The notes below the pieces were generated by a model. That model was not told the DNA's origin, ran no database searches, and saw nothing but the letters and a program-made list of their open reading frames with translations. This document shows positions 37,231 to 45,312 of a stretch of 64,000 nt of DNA, one piece after another; position 1 is the first letter of the stretch; every line of letters begins with the position of its first letter. The translations under genes were made by a program, and so were the position numbers. The DNA comes from Myxococcota bacterium (GTDB taxonomy: Bacteria; Myxococcota_A; UBA9160; SZUA-336), in the NCBI GenBank assembly GCA_965247115.1, contig CBDFGR010000002.1:1760001-1824000 (forward strand). The letters run 5' to 3'.

Positions 37231-38064
37231 TCAGTTTGAGCCGAGGAGCCCGACGATCTCCTCCAACTCCCAGACATGATCCGAGACGCCAGCTTCCATC
37301 GCTGGAGTGACCCGAAGGGTCTGATGAATCCTAGCAAAATTGTAGTGCATGAAGTGTAGCGCTATAGCGTGCTCCAGGTTCTCGACCTTCTTTGAGAAGG
37401 CGTTTGTGAGTCGCGTGAAGCGGCGCATGGACATGCGCATCGTGAGGTTCTGGCGTTCGACGTAGGATGTAGAGACGTGGCGCCTATCGGGGCTTCCGAG
37501 CTTTGTCTCCGGGCGGCATCCGGTGCACTTGGCTGGGCTATAGCGCGTCTCGCTCGCGGGATCGGGACCGTAGAGCTTCACAAGCATCGCGTAGTCGATC
37601 CCATCAGAGCCGAATGCGTCCTCGACGGCGTGAGGATAGGCTCCGTAGCCATCGGTCGTCAGCTGGATCCGACCCTCCATCCGGCTGGCGAGATCGAACA
37701 TGAAAGACCGAGCCATGCCCGAGTCGCGCGGTCCGATCATGAAGGACGGGACCAGCTTGGTATCGGCGCAGATGGCGGTCCACGTCCAAACGTCGCCGTA
37801 GCCAAACTGGCCTGTCTTCTCTTCCGGGACGTTCTTGGCCTTGGAGTAGCAAAACGCCCAGATCTCATCGCACTGGACGCGCCGGCACGGAAGATTCCGG
37901 AGGGCTTGGTCTTGGTAATCCCAGCAAGCGTATCCGAGGTCGGCCAAGAGCTTGAGTACGGTGCCTTTGGCCGCGCCCGTCATCCGGGAGGCGGCTCGAA
38001 CCGAGTTGCCCTCGACGAGGCACGCGACAATCTGGGCGCGGCGGACGATTGAGAGTCTGTTCAC
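37231..38064 (-). CDS. IS1-family DDE transposase (single ORF)
   Basis: HTH LVEGNSVRA..RMTG; DDE candidates QCDEIW, TTDG, YVERQNLTMR; RRFTRLTNAFSKK; TGA lies inside the IR; likely GTG start 38064. Confidence 0.9.
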   Translation of the reverse strand: MNRLSIVRRAQIVACLVEGNSVRAASRMTGAAKGTVLKLLADLGYACWDYQDQALRNLPCRRVQCDEIWAFCYSKAKNVPEEKTGQFGYGDVWTWTAICADTKLVPSFMIGPRDSGMARSFMFDLASRMEGRIQLTTDGYGAYPHAVEDAFGSDGIDYAMLVKLYGPDPASETRYSPAKCTGCRPETKLGSPDRRHVSTSYVERQNLTMRMSMRRFTRLTNAFSKKVENLEHAIALHFMHYNFARIHQTLRVTPAMEAGVSDHVWELEEIVGLLGSN

Positions 38065-38173
38065 ACCCCGAAAGTAGTCCAGAATCTCATCATCAGTCAA
38101 GCATTTGGGTCAGTTTCGTATATTCAGAATTTCAGCGTTGATGTCAGTGCGGGGCTGTGGCACCCTTCGGTTC

Positions 38174-39328
38174 ATGTCAGACGCCGCCGCCGATCCCTAC
38201 AAGATGCCCGGTCAACTCATTCGGCAGCTACTTGACGATCGCGGATGGACCCAGCGAACCCTAGCGCTCGTGCTGGGGGTTAGCGACTCGACCGTCAACG
38301 CGACACTGGCTGGTAACCGAGAACTCGACGCCAAGATGGCACTCGACCTAGAACGCATCTTTGGAATCGAGGCGGCGCGGTTTCTAGCCATCCAGAAGGA
38401 CTACGAGCTTGCGCGTGCGTCCATGATCTCGGGACCTGATCCTGGCTTGGCGCGTCGCGCTGCGCTCTTCTCTGCCTTGCCGATCGCCGCAATGATGAAG
38501 CGCGGCTGGATCGGATCCGAAGACGGCCGCGATGTTGAAGCAATCGAACGTAGTGTTATGCGCTTTTTCGGGACGGTGAGCCCTGAGGACATTCCGATAT
38601 TCCCTCATGCGACGAAAAAGCAAGACACGAATGCTCCGACCACGCCAGTTCAGATGGCGTGGCTACATCGAGTTCACAAGATGGCGTCGCAGATGATCCT
38701 CCAGAAGACTTACACGCGAAAGCGTGCAGAGAAGGCGGTCGATCAGCTCAGCGGTCTTCTCTCCGCTCCTGAGGAAGCGAGACACGTCCCTCGGATTATG
38801 GAAGACGCCGGGATCCGCTTTCTCGTGGTGGAGCCACTGCCAAAGGCGAACATCGACGGCGTGTGCTTCTGGCTGAACAGCCAGTCTCCTGTAATCGGCA
38901 TGTCAATGCGCTTCGATCGCATCGACAACTTCTGGTTCGTTTTGCGTCACGAAATCGAGCATGTGCTTTGTGAACACGGACGCTCTACGAAAACCCCTAT
39001 GATCGACGCGGAACTAGAGGGAGAGCGCGCTGGTACAGGAGATGATCTTCCAGAGGAAGAGCGGCAGGCCAACGATGCCGCCGCTAATTTCTGCGTTCCT
39101 AGCGATGACTTTGCGTCGTTCGTTGCTCGCAAGTCACCATCGTTCTCGGAACGATCCATCCGGGCCTTTGCCGGAAAGCGACGGCTTCACCCTGGGCTCG
39201 TCGCCGGCCAGGTGCGCCACCACTTGAGACGATGGGACATCTTCACAAACCACCTTGTCAAGATTCGCTCTCAGGTTCTGCCCGGGGTGGAAGTAGATGG
39301 CTGGGGCACGATCGCTTCAGTCGAATAG
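38174..39328 (+). CDS. HigA-like XRE HTH fused to ImmA/IrrE (M78) metallopeptidase domain
   Basis: PG.LI...L..RGWTQ..LA, MA..L...FG; IDG.CFWL, DRIDNFWF.LRHEIEHV (HEXXH), EE..AN. Confidence 0.88.
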   Translation: MSDAAADPYKMPGQLIRQLLDDRGWTQRTLALVLGVSDSTVNATLAGNRELDAKMALDLERIFGIEAARFLAIQKDYELARASMISGPDPGLARRAALFSALPIAAMMKRGWIGSEDGRDVEAIERSVMRFFGTVSPEDIPIFPHATKKQDTNAPTTPVQMAWLHRVHKMASQMILQKTYTRKRAEKAVDQLSGLLSAPEEARHVPRIMEDAGIRFLVVEPLPKANIDGVCFWLNSQSPVIGMSMRFDRIDNFWFVLRHEIEHVLCEHGRSTKTPMIDAELEGERAGTGDDLPEEERQANDAAANFCVPSDDFASFVARKSPSFSERSIRAFAGKRRLHPGLVAGQVRHHLRRWDIFTNHLVKIRSQVLPGVEVDGWGTIASVE

Positions 39329-39337
39329 GAGAAGACA

Positions 39338-39826
39338 GTGAATAGAGCGCAACTCCTCCAGCGACTTCAGCGCCAATATCGTCAAGAAACCGGCCATGAC
39401 GGCCCCCTCACAACTCTTGAGGTGGCGCGATGGACCGTCAGTCGGGGTTATCTGAAGCTGCCCGAACCGAAGGAACCGATGAGTCGGCTGGCAGACGAGA
39501 TGTCGCGGGCATGGAGACAGGAGATCCGGCGGGACGAACTGACGAAACGTCCGTATCGAGTGAACCATGCCGTCTCTGAAACCAAGGACGGCAAGCAGAT
39601 GACGTTCTGGGGTGACATCGACCACGAGAGTCGCCCGTTTATGCAGAAGTCACTCGTGCGACGCCGAGAACAGATCGTCGGAGACTGTACCCAGCTTACG
39701 TTCGATGCGGACCACTTCAATTCCGTACATCGCGAGGATGATCCGATCATCATCCCGCTTGATTTCACGGAGGATGTCGAGGAACGAAAGTTCGAGTCCG
39801 AGAGTGGCGATGGAGAGGGAGACTAG
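39338..39826 (+). CDS. Hypothetical protein (162 aa), cargo partner of HTH-ImmA
   Basis: 9 bp after upstream stop with ggag RBS; plausible protein (EVARW....G, RPYRVNHAV, WGDID, RRREQIVGD, LDFTEDVEE). Confidence 0.8.
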   Translation: MNRAQLLQRLQRQYRQETGHDGPLTTLEVARWTVSRGYLKLPEPKEPMSRLADEMSRAWRQEIRRDELTKRPYRVNHAVSETKDGKQMTFWGDIDHESRPFMQKSLVRRREQIVGDCTQLTFDADHFNSVHREDDPIIIPLDFTEDVEERKFESESGDGEGD

Positions 39827-40053
39827 TCGGAACGCTTTTTCCAGCGCGCCTGCGCCGCCACTCGAGCGATCTCGGATCGCTCAGCCGGCGTAAGCTTCTT
39901 GGCACGCGCTGGTCCGCCAACCTTACCAGCCTTCCTTGAACGCCGGGTCCGGGGCGATTCCTCTTCCTTTGGCTCGTCCCCGGTTGTGGCGTCCACGATC
40001 AGCTTTGCCAGCTTGTTAGGATCGCGCGGGCGCTTCTTCTTTGTGGGAGACAC
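39823..40053 (-). CDS. Small basic IS-associated protein
   Basis: KRPRDPNKLAKLIVDATTG...GGPARAKKLT..ERSEIA..AA.ARW; just inside the IS end; stop shares CTAG with the 162-aa gene; start uncertain. Confidence 0.75.
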   Translation of the reverse strand: MSPTKKKRPRDPNKLAKLIVDATTGDEPKEEESPRTRRSRKAGKVGGPARAKKLTPAERSEIARVAAQARWKKRSD

Positions 40054-40139
40054 AACCACAATACTAGCGAACCCTCGCGGGCCGATCCCTGGCACCCCGA
40101 AACTGACCCACTACCCTCGGCTCAAACTGACCCACTACC

Positions 40140-40290
40140 GAGGGTCGCAACCGACCACGGCAGACCCGTGCCATCGAGCATCTCCAGGTACGCCTCGAGG
40201 GCCACTCGTGTGGGCGGCAACCCGAAATGAGAGCCGCCCGCGGAGTTCCCCACCAGATGAGAGGGCACCCCGTCGATCGCGCGGAGACGT
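40140..40290 (-). pseudogene. Fragment resembling a beta-keto acid cleavage enzyme (BKACE), cut at the IS end
   Basis: FGLPPTRVALEAYLEMLDGTGLPWSVATLG runs directly into the IR. Confidence 0.5.
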
Positions 40291-40362
40291 CGCTCAACTG
40301 GATCAGGTCCACACGCCGTCGCGTCCCTCGAGCCCCTACACCGTGGGGGGCGCGCGGTCGCG

Positions 40363-41630
40363 GTGATCTGCGCGATCGAGGTACAGCGCGTCCTGCGCGC
40401 CCGCAACGCCAGCCTGAGCGCCGACCACCGGATGGACTTCCGGATGGGCATCCACATGGGCGACGTCCGCGTGGAGGGCGGCCGCATCTACGGCGATGGG
40501 GTCAACATCGCCGCGCGCCTCGAGGCGCTGGCCGACGCCGGCGGCATCTGCATCTCGTCCACGGTCCACGATCAGGTGCGGCACCGCATCAGCGTGGACT
40601 TCGAGGATCTCGGGGAGAAGTCGGTCAAGAACATCCCCGACCCGGTGCGCGTGTACCGCGCCCTCCTCTTCGCGGCCGAGCGGGCGGAGGCACCCGCCGC
40701 GGGAGTGGCGGCCCTTCTGATCTGGGGAACGGGCGGCGAGTTTGGCTCTACCGCGCGCCCGCCCGGGCCGATCCGCTCCATCGCCGTTCTTCCCCTCGAC
40801 AACTTGTCCGGCGAGGCGGAGCAGGAGTTCTTCGTCGACGGGCTAACCGAGGAGCTCACGGCGACGCTGGCCCGCATCCGGGCGCTCCGGGTGATCTCGC
40901 GAACCTCGGCCATGCAGTACAAGGGCGTGCACAAGCCGCTTCGCGAGATCGCGCGGGAGCTGGACGTCGACGGGGTGATCGAGGGCTCCGTGCTGCGCGC
41001 CGGGACGCAGGTGCGCATCACCGCCCAGCTGATTCGCGCCGACGCCGACGAGCACCTCTGGGCCGAGAGCTACACCCGCGAGCTCACGGACATACTGGCG
41101 CTGCAGCAAATGGCGCAGTTAGCCATGTTCCAGGGCCGCAACGAGGAGGCGGGGGAACTCATGGCCCGGACTTTCCATGCGGATCCGACATTCACGTATG
41201 GCCACCTCCTCCACCCTGTGGTGCGCCTTTACCACAACGACCTTCCAGGAGCCGAGGAGGCTTTGAACCGGGCGCGCCAGGTGATCGGCGACGACCCCAT
41301 GCTCGATGCCAGCGAGGCTCTCCTGTGGGCGAGACGTGGTGAACCTGGGAAAGCGGAAGCGGCCTTGACGCGGGCGATGCAAGACAAGCCGTTTCTGGGC
41401 CACATACACCACACATGGCACTATGCAGCGGCTACCTATGCTGTCCTCGGCAGGCCGAACGATGCCATTCAGAAGATCCGAGAGGCGACTACATGTGGCT
41501 TCCCGAACTTCGCTGTGTTTCGCGATGATCCGCACCTCGCGTCTCTTCGGGAAGAGCCGGAAATGAGACACTTGCTGTCCGAGCTCGAGCGTGAATGTGG
41601 AGAGTACCGAAGAGAGTTCGGCCGCCACTG
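40363..41630 (+). pseudogene. Mosaic class III cyclase C-half / TolB-like / TPR remnant
   Basis: FRMGIHMGDV, YGDGVNIAARLE, SIAVLPLDNLS, VISRTS, HLWAE; cyclase N-half absent; abrupt change of codon style near 41105. Confidence 0.7.
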
Positions 41631-41802
41631 AGTTGGCTCGAGGGACTGCTTATTCGGCCAGGCGCGACGGGGCACGCGGAGCGGGTGGGGAGGGAGCTGG
41701 CGGAGTTGTGATGACCCGACGCACTAGTTTCGCGGACACTCGACCAGCTAGACCCAAATCACCCGTAACTCGAAGAACACAAACCGCCCTAGGAGTCCTA
41801 CA

Positions 41803-42204
41803 GTGAAGGTCGTCAAGGTCCTGGCAGCCTTGTTTCTCGCTTACATAGGAATCGTCGTGGTCTTTGAGTCCCTGCTAGGGTATTACCAACCAGCAGATCC
41901 GAGCTCGATAGTCATCACGACCACGGATGAGGATGGAAACACAAGCGATCGAGTCCTGTCTCGCCTTGAAACTGATGGCCAACTACACGTCGCAGCAAAC
42001 CACTGGCCTCGGGCGTGGTACAAGCAAGCGTTAGAGAATCCGGAGGTGCAACTCACAATGGATGGTGAGAAAGCCGCTTATCTGGCAGTACCAGTCACGG
42101 ATGAAGAGCACGATCGCGTCAATGCCGAGAAGCCCTTGGGCATCGTGATTCGAGTTTTGACAGGTTTTCCATCGAGATACTTTGTTCGGCTCGACCCTCG
42201 CTAG
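41803..42204 (+). CDS. Hypothetical exported/membrane protein, split-barrel (deazaflavin nitroreductase-like)
   Basis: N-terminal TM helix, WY....NPEV, VRLDPR; RBS aggag; lower GC. Confidence 0.6.
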   Translation: MKVVKVLAALFLAYIGIVVVFESLLGYYQPADPSSIVITTTDEDGNTSDRVLSRLETDGQLHVAANHWPRAWYKQALENPEVQLTMDGEKAAYLAVPVTDEEHDRVNAEKPLGIVIRVLTGFPSRYFVRLDPR

Positions 42205-42208
42205 GCCC

Positions 42209-42511
42209 CTAGCAGAGGGGAATTCCCGCAACTGCGCTACGGTCCGACGGGTTGCCAATCCCTGCAGCTCGCAGGGCCTCCGTGTAAGGATCTCTCCCCA
42301 CGCAGCAGTCGGCAAGCCTCCCGTCGATGACCACTGCCGGAACCGAGTGGATAGCGAGCTCCCCAGCTCTCCGGGCCACCGCTGGATCTCGCATGTCGCG
42401 GACTACCACCTCGCGGGATTCGTGGGCCAGGTTCAAGACAAGCGACACCGCCCGGTGGCACAACGAACAGCCCGCACTGAAGACCTCGACCTCGCCGTGT
42501 GGCTCGCTCAT
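42209..42511 (-). CDS. Small thioredoxin/glutaredoxin-like protein
   Basis: VEVFSAGCSLC (CxxC), SVPAVVIDG.LA.CC. Confidence 0.8.
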   Translation of the reverse strand: MSEPHGEVEVFSAGCSLCHRAVSLVLNLAHESREVVVRDMRDPAVARRAGELAIHSVPAVVIDGRLADCCVGRDPYTEALRAAGIGNPSDRSAVAGIPLC

Positions 42512-42554
42512 CTTCCGTCAATTCCAGCACCGCTGACCTGCAACGGATCTTCGG

Positions 42555-42989
42555 CTACGAGAGCTCCCGAGCTTCACCGAGCGAATAGTTCCCGTCCACG
42601 ATGATGGCCCGCTCGGCGATCCACCAGCGCCCGCCATCGTGAATAAGTTTGTCTTCGTAGCGGCCGCCCGCGCCGCCCGCTTCTCCCTCGGTCGAGACGG
42701 AGTCTGCGTCGAGGTAGCAGACCGCGCTCGCCTGCCGACCATCCACCTGAATGAGGGGCGCACTGATCTTGTGGCGCAGGATCTTGGTCCCTTTTCGCAC
42801 GGTGTCGAAGTAGCGCTCGTACCATCCCCGCACCGCATCGGCGCCCTTGTACGCCTCTTCCGACTCGTAGCGCGGAAGAAGGACAGCGTCGCGGTGAAAG
42901 ACCTGCATTACGTCATCGACGGTGCCGCGATCGACGGAGTGGCAGTAGCGATGAAGCAGCTGCTCTATCTCTACGATGTCCGATGTCAT
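42555..42989 (-). CDS. NTF2/SnoaL-like protein
   Basis: EIEQLL.RYC..VD, RH, GRYED.L...G.W.I..R. Confidence 0.85.
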   Translation of the reverse strand: MTSDIVEIEQLLHRYCHSVDRGTVDDVMQVFHRDAVLLPRYESEEAYKGADAVRGWYERYFDTVRKGTKILRHKISAPLIQVDGRQASAVCYLDADSVSTEGEAGGAGGRYEDKLIHDGGRWWIAERAIIVDGNYSLGEARELS

Positions 42990-43052
42990 GGAGTGCCTCC
43001 GTGTCTATGTGCGTTCTCTGCTCGATACCCTACTCCAGTGATGAATTGGGCG

Positions 43053-43740
43053 TCACTTCTTGCGAACCCGGCGCTGAAAGGTCCATCTCCCCGAGGGCTC
43101 GTCGACCTCCACTGGCTCACTGGCGAGCGGAAAGCTGACCTCTAGCTCGGAGATCTGAATGAAGGCCGGGCCGATCGCGTCCGAAGCTAGCTCCGTCTCC
43201 TAGTACACGGACAGCATCAGCTCATCGATGGCGAGCGGGTCGCTGTAGAGCTCGCGCACGGTGGAGGGGCCCGCCTCGATGCTCACGGTCTCGCACCCCC
43301 GTTCCTCGCGCAGAAAACGCAGTACCTGTCGGAGCGATGGGTTTGTGTTCGCCTTGAGCATCACTCCACGTTCGCCCGCCGCCGAGGCAAGGCTCGCCGC
43401 GCCTTCGTCGCCTGTGTAGACCAGGCAGGGTCCGCTCTGGAACAGCGGATGAAGAAGGTCGAGTCCCCGACCGGAGCTGAGCACCACACTCAGGGGTGGG
43501 GTCGGGCGACCAAGTCGTTCCGCGCGCCACTCGCCCAGATCAGCGAGCTCCGGTGCGGTTGTCGGGATGCGGTGCACAAGGCCCGGCTCATGCCGAAGAA
43601 TCTCGCCCGTCGTCACGATGGCATCGGCGCGAGCACGCGCCAGACAAAGCGCGAACAAGTCCGGGGCGCTCCGCGGCGTCGCCTGGTTGACCCGGAGAAC
43701 TCGGGGAACCCCCGAGGGACTCTGCCAGAGGGCGGTCACG
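43053..43740 (-). pseudogene. RibD C-terminal/DHFR-like reductase, 5'-truncated with internal TAG
   Basis: ARARADAIVTTG..LR.EP, V.IEAGP, DELMLS; TAG at 43200-43202 followed by 48 in-frame codons ending GRWTFQRRVRKK*. Confidence 0.65.
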
Positions 43741-45087
43741 CTCTGGGCAGTTTCGCTAGGCGGGCTGAGCGCCGTGTCGCTCCCGCTGGGGTCAGCCGTG
43801 GGGTTGGCTCTGCGGCCCAGCCTGTCGACCGCGGCTGTGCTGGCCGCGTTCGGCGCCGGGGCACTGATCGCGGCGGTCACCATCGAACTGGTCGCCCCGA
43901 CCGTGCAGCACATTGGCGAAAGCGGCGGACACGCGGGTGCGGCTGCCTTCTGGATCCTCGCCGCGGGCGCACTGGCGGGAGGACTTCTCTTCGTTGCGGT
44001 CGATCGCGCGCTCGCGTCGCGAGGCGGGTTTCTGCGCAAGGTCTCGACCGCCATCGGTTGGTTCACACGAGAGGCGCGACAGCGGAACGAGTCCTATCTG
44101 AAGGAACTCTGCGCGATTCCGCTGCTCTGGAAGCTCCCCTCCGAACAGGTCGAGCTGCTGATCCGCGATGTGAGGGCGGAGTCGTACTCCGAAGAGGAGA
44201 CCCTGTTTGAGGAGGGCGAGGTCGCGGACGAACTCTTCTTCGTCCGGTCCGGTGAGGTCGAGCTCAGTCGCGGCGGCGAGCACGTCCGCACCGTGGGGGC
44301 CGGGGGGATCTTTGGCGAGCTTCCGCTGCTGGCCGGTATTCCGCGCACCGTCTCTGCGCAAGCAAAAGGGCGCGTAGAGGCACTGGTGCTGCGCGGAGCG
44401 GACTTCGAGCGCTGGCGTGCGGAGTGTCCGGAGTTTGATCTGGGCTTTCGCGAGATGGCCAGCGAGCGACTGGAGGAGATCCGCGAGCGCGATGCAGTTC
44501 GCAGCCAGATGGAACAGAGCTGGGGGGAGCAGGCGATCGGTGCTTTGCGACAGGGAACAGTCGTACCGAGCCCGGCGGAGATCCGGCAGGCTGCAGAGGC
44601 GCGCAGCGGCGCCGGGCTCGCGGTGTGGCTCGGAATGTTGATCGACGGAATCCCCGAGAGCATCGTGATCGGATCGGGTTTCCTCGGGATACTGAGAGGA
44701 CGCCTCGCGAGCGGAACAGACGTGGCCTTTGCGGAGGTCGTCCCCTACACGCTGATCGCGGGGCTGTTCCTGGCGAACTTCCCAGAGGCGCTGTCGAGCT
44801 CACTGGCGATGCGGACACAGGGATGGAGCCGAATGCGCGTGCTCTCGATGTGGAGCGCGTTGATGGTGATCACGGCGGCAGGCGCCGGTGTCGGGTACGC
44901 GATTGGGGGGGCGGTTCCCCACTACGCGCTCATCGCCATCGAGGGCGTCGCCGCCGGGGCCATGATCACGACGATCGTCTCGACCATGATTCCGGAAGCC
45001 GTCCACCTGGCGGGCTCGGGGTCGCGGGTCGGAATCTCGACGCTGGTGGGGTTCTTCGCGGCGGTCTCGTTCAAGCTGCTGGAGTAA
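43738..45087 (+). CDS. ZIP (GufA-like) metal transporter with inserted cyclic-nucleotide-binding domain; 5' end possibly clipped
   Basis: AFGAGAL..A; LF.EG...D.LFFVRSG.V and FGELPLL..IPRT (cNMP); DGIPES, NFPEALSS, AAGAM....STMIPEA (ZIP). Confidence 0.85.
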   Translation, partial: TLWAVSLGGLSAVSLPLGSAVGLALRPSLSTAAVLAAFGAGALIAAVTIELVAPTVQHIGESGGHAGAAAFWILAAGALAGGLLFVAVDRALASRGGFLRKVSTAIGWFTREARQRNESYLKELCAIPLLWKLPSEQVELLIRDVRAESYSEEETLFEEGEVADELFFVRSGEVELSRGGEHVRTVGAGGIFGELPLLAGIPRTVSAQAKGRVEALVLRGADFERWRAECPEFDLGFREMASERLEEIRERDAVRSQMEQSWGEQAIGALRQGTVVPSPAEIRQAAEARSGAGLAVWLGMLIDGIPESIVIGSGFLGILRGRLASGTDVAFAEVVPYTLIAGLFLANFPEALSSSLAMRTQGWSRMRVLSMWSALMVITAAGAGVGYAIGGAVPHYALIAIEGVAAGAMITTIVSTMIPEAVHLAGSGSRVGISTLVGFFAAVSFKLLE

Positions 45088-45201
45088 GTCGGTGGCACCG
45101 AGGAGGTGCCCAGTTAGAGGTTCCCTCCTGTGGAGTTCTTCCGGGCGGGGATGATCTGTAACTGGCCGGAAATCGCTCGGATTCAACAACGCACTATGCG
45201 G

Positions 45202-45231
45202 TTGACTGGGCGGACCGGGCGAGCGTATGCT
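45202..45231 (+). promoter_or_regulatory. Putative sigma70 promoter of the TonB-dependent receptor
   Basis: TTGACT, 18 bp spacer, TATGCT; RBS ggagg before ATG 45313. Confidence 0.55.
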
Positions 45232-45312
45232 CATTCACCTGGAAGAATTGCGAGAGACAGACTACGCTGGGAGCCGGGATAGCACCTGGCCACCGAATAT
45301 GGAGGCCGCACA

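Larger units (their letters stand above)
37222..40139 (-). mobile_element. IS1-family element with passenger genes (~2.9 kb)
   Basis: IR ggtagtgggtcagttt at 37222; its complement aaactgacccactacc at 40100-40115 and again at 40124-40139; encloses transposase plus three genes; no target duplication evident. Confidence 0.85.

Noticed and set aside
37222..37337. Annotated start of the 362-aa acyltransferase ORF
   Set aside because: The first ~38 codons are IS sequence in an alternate frame; at most a fortuitous fusion start
38065..38173. Hidden higB toxin upstream of HTH-ImmA
   Set aside because: About 110 bp containing promoter-like sequence; too short and no RelE-like ORF
40099..40139. Mini CRISPR array or iterons
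   Set aside because: Only two units with an 8-bp spacer, identical to the IS inverted repeat; no cas or rep genes
43200..43202. In-frame TAG in the RibD-like gene as programmed readthrough or pyrrolysine
   Set aside because: The gene is also 5'-truncated, TAG is a normal stop elsewhere in the window, and no pyl genes are seen; a nonsense mutation is simpler
43567..44066. Extensive bidirectional overlap of RibD and ZIP ORFs
   Set aside because: Each extension is the antisense of the other gene; recognisable similarity meets at ~43738
45088..45312. Cobalamin or other riboswitch ahead of the TonB receptor
   Set aside because: No recognisable B12-box or other aptamer consensus; a plain sigma70 promoter explains the region (an Rfam scan would settle it)
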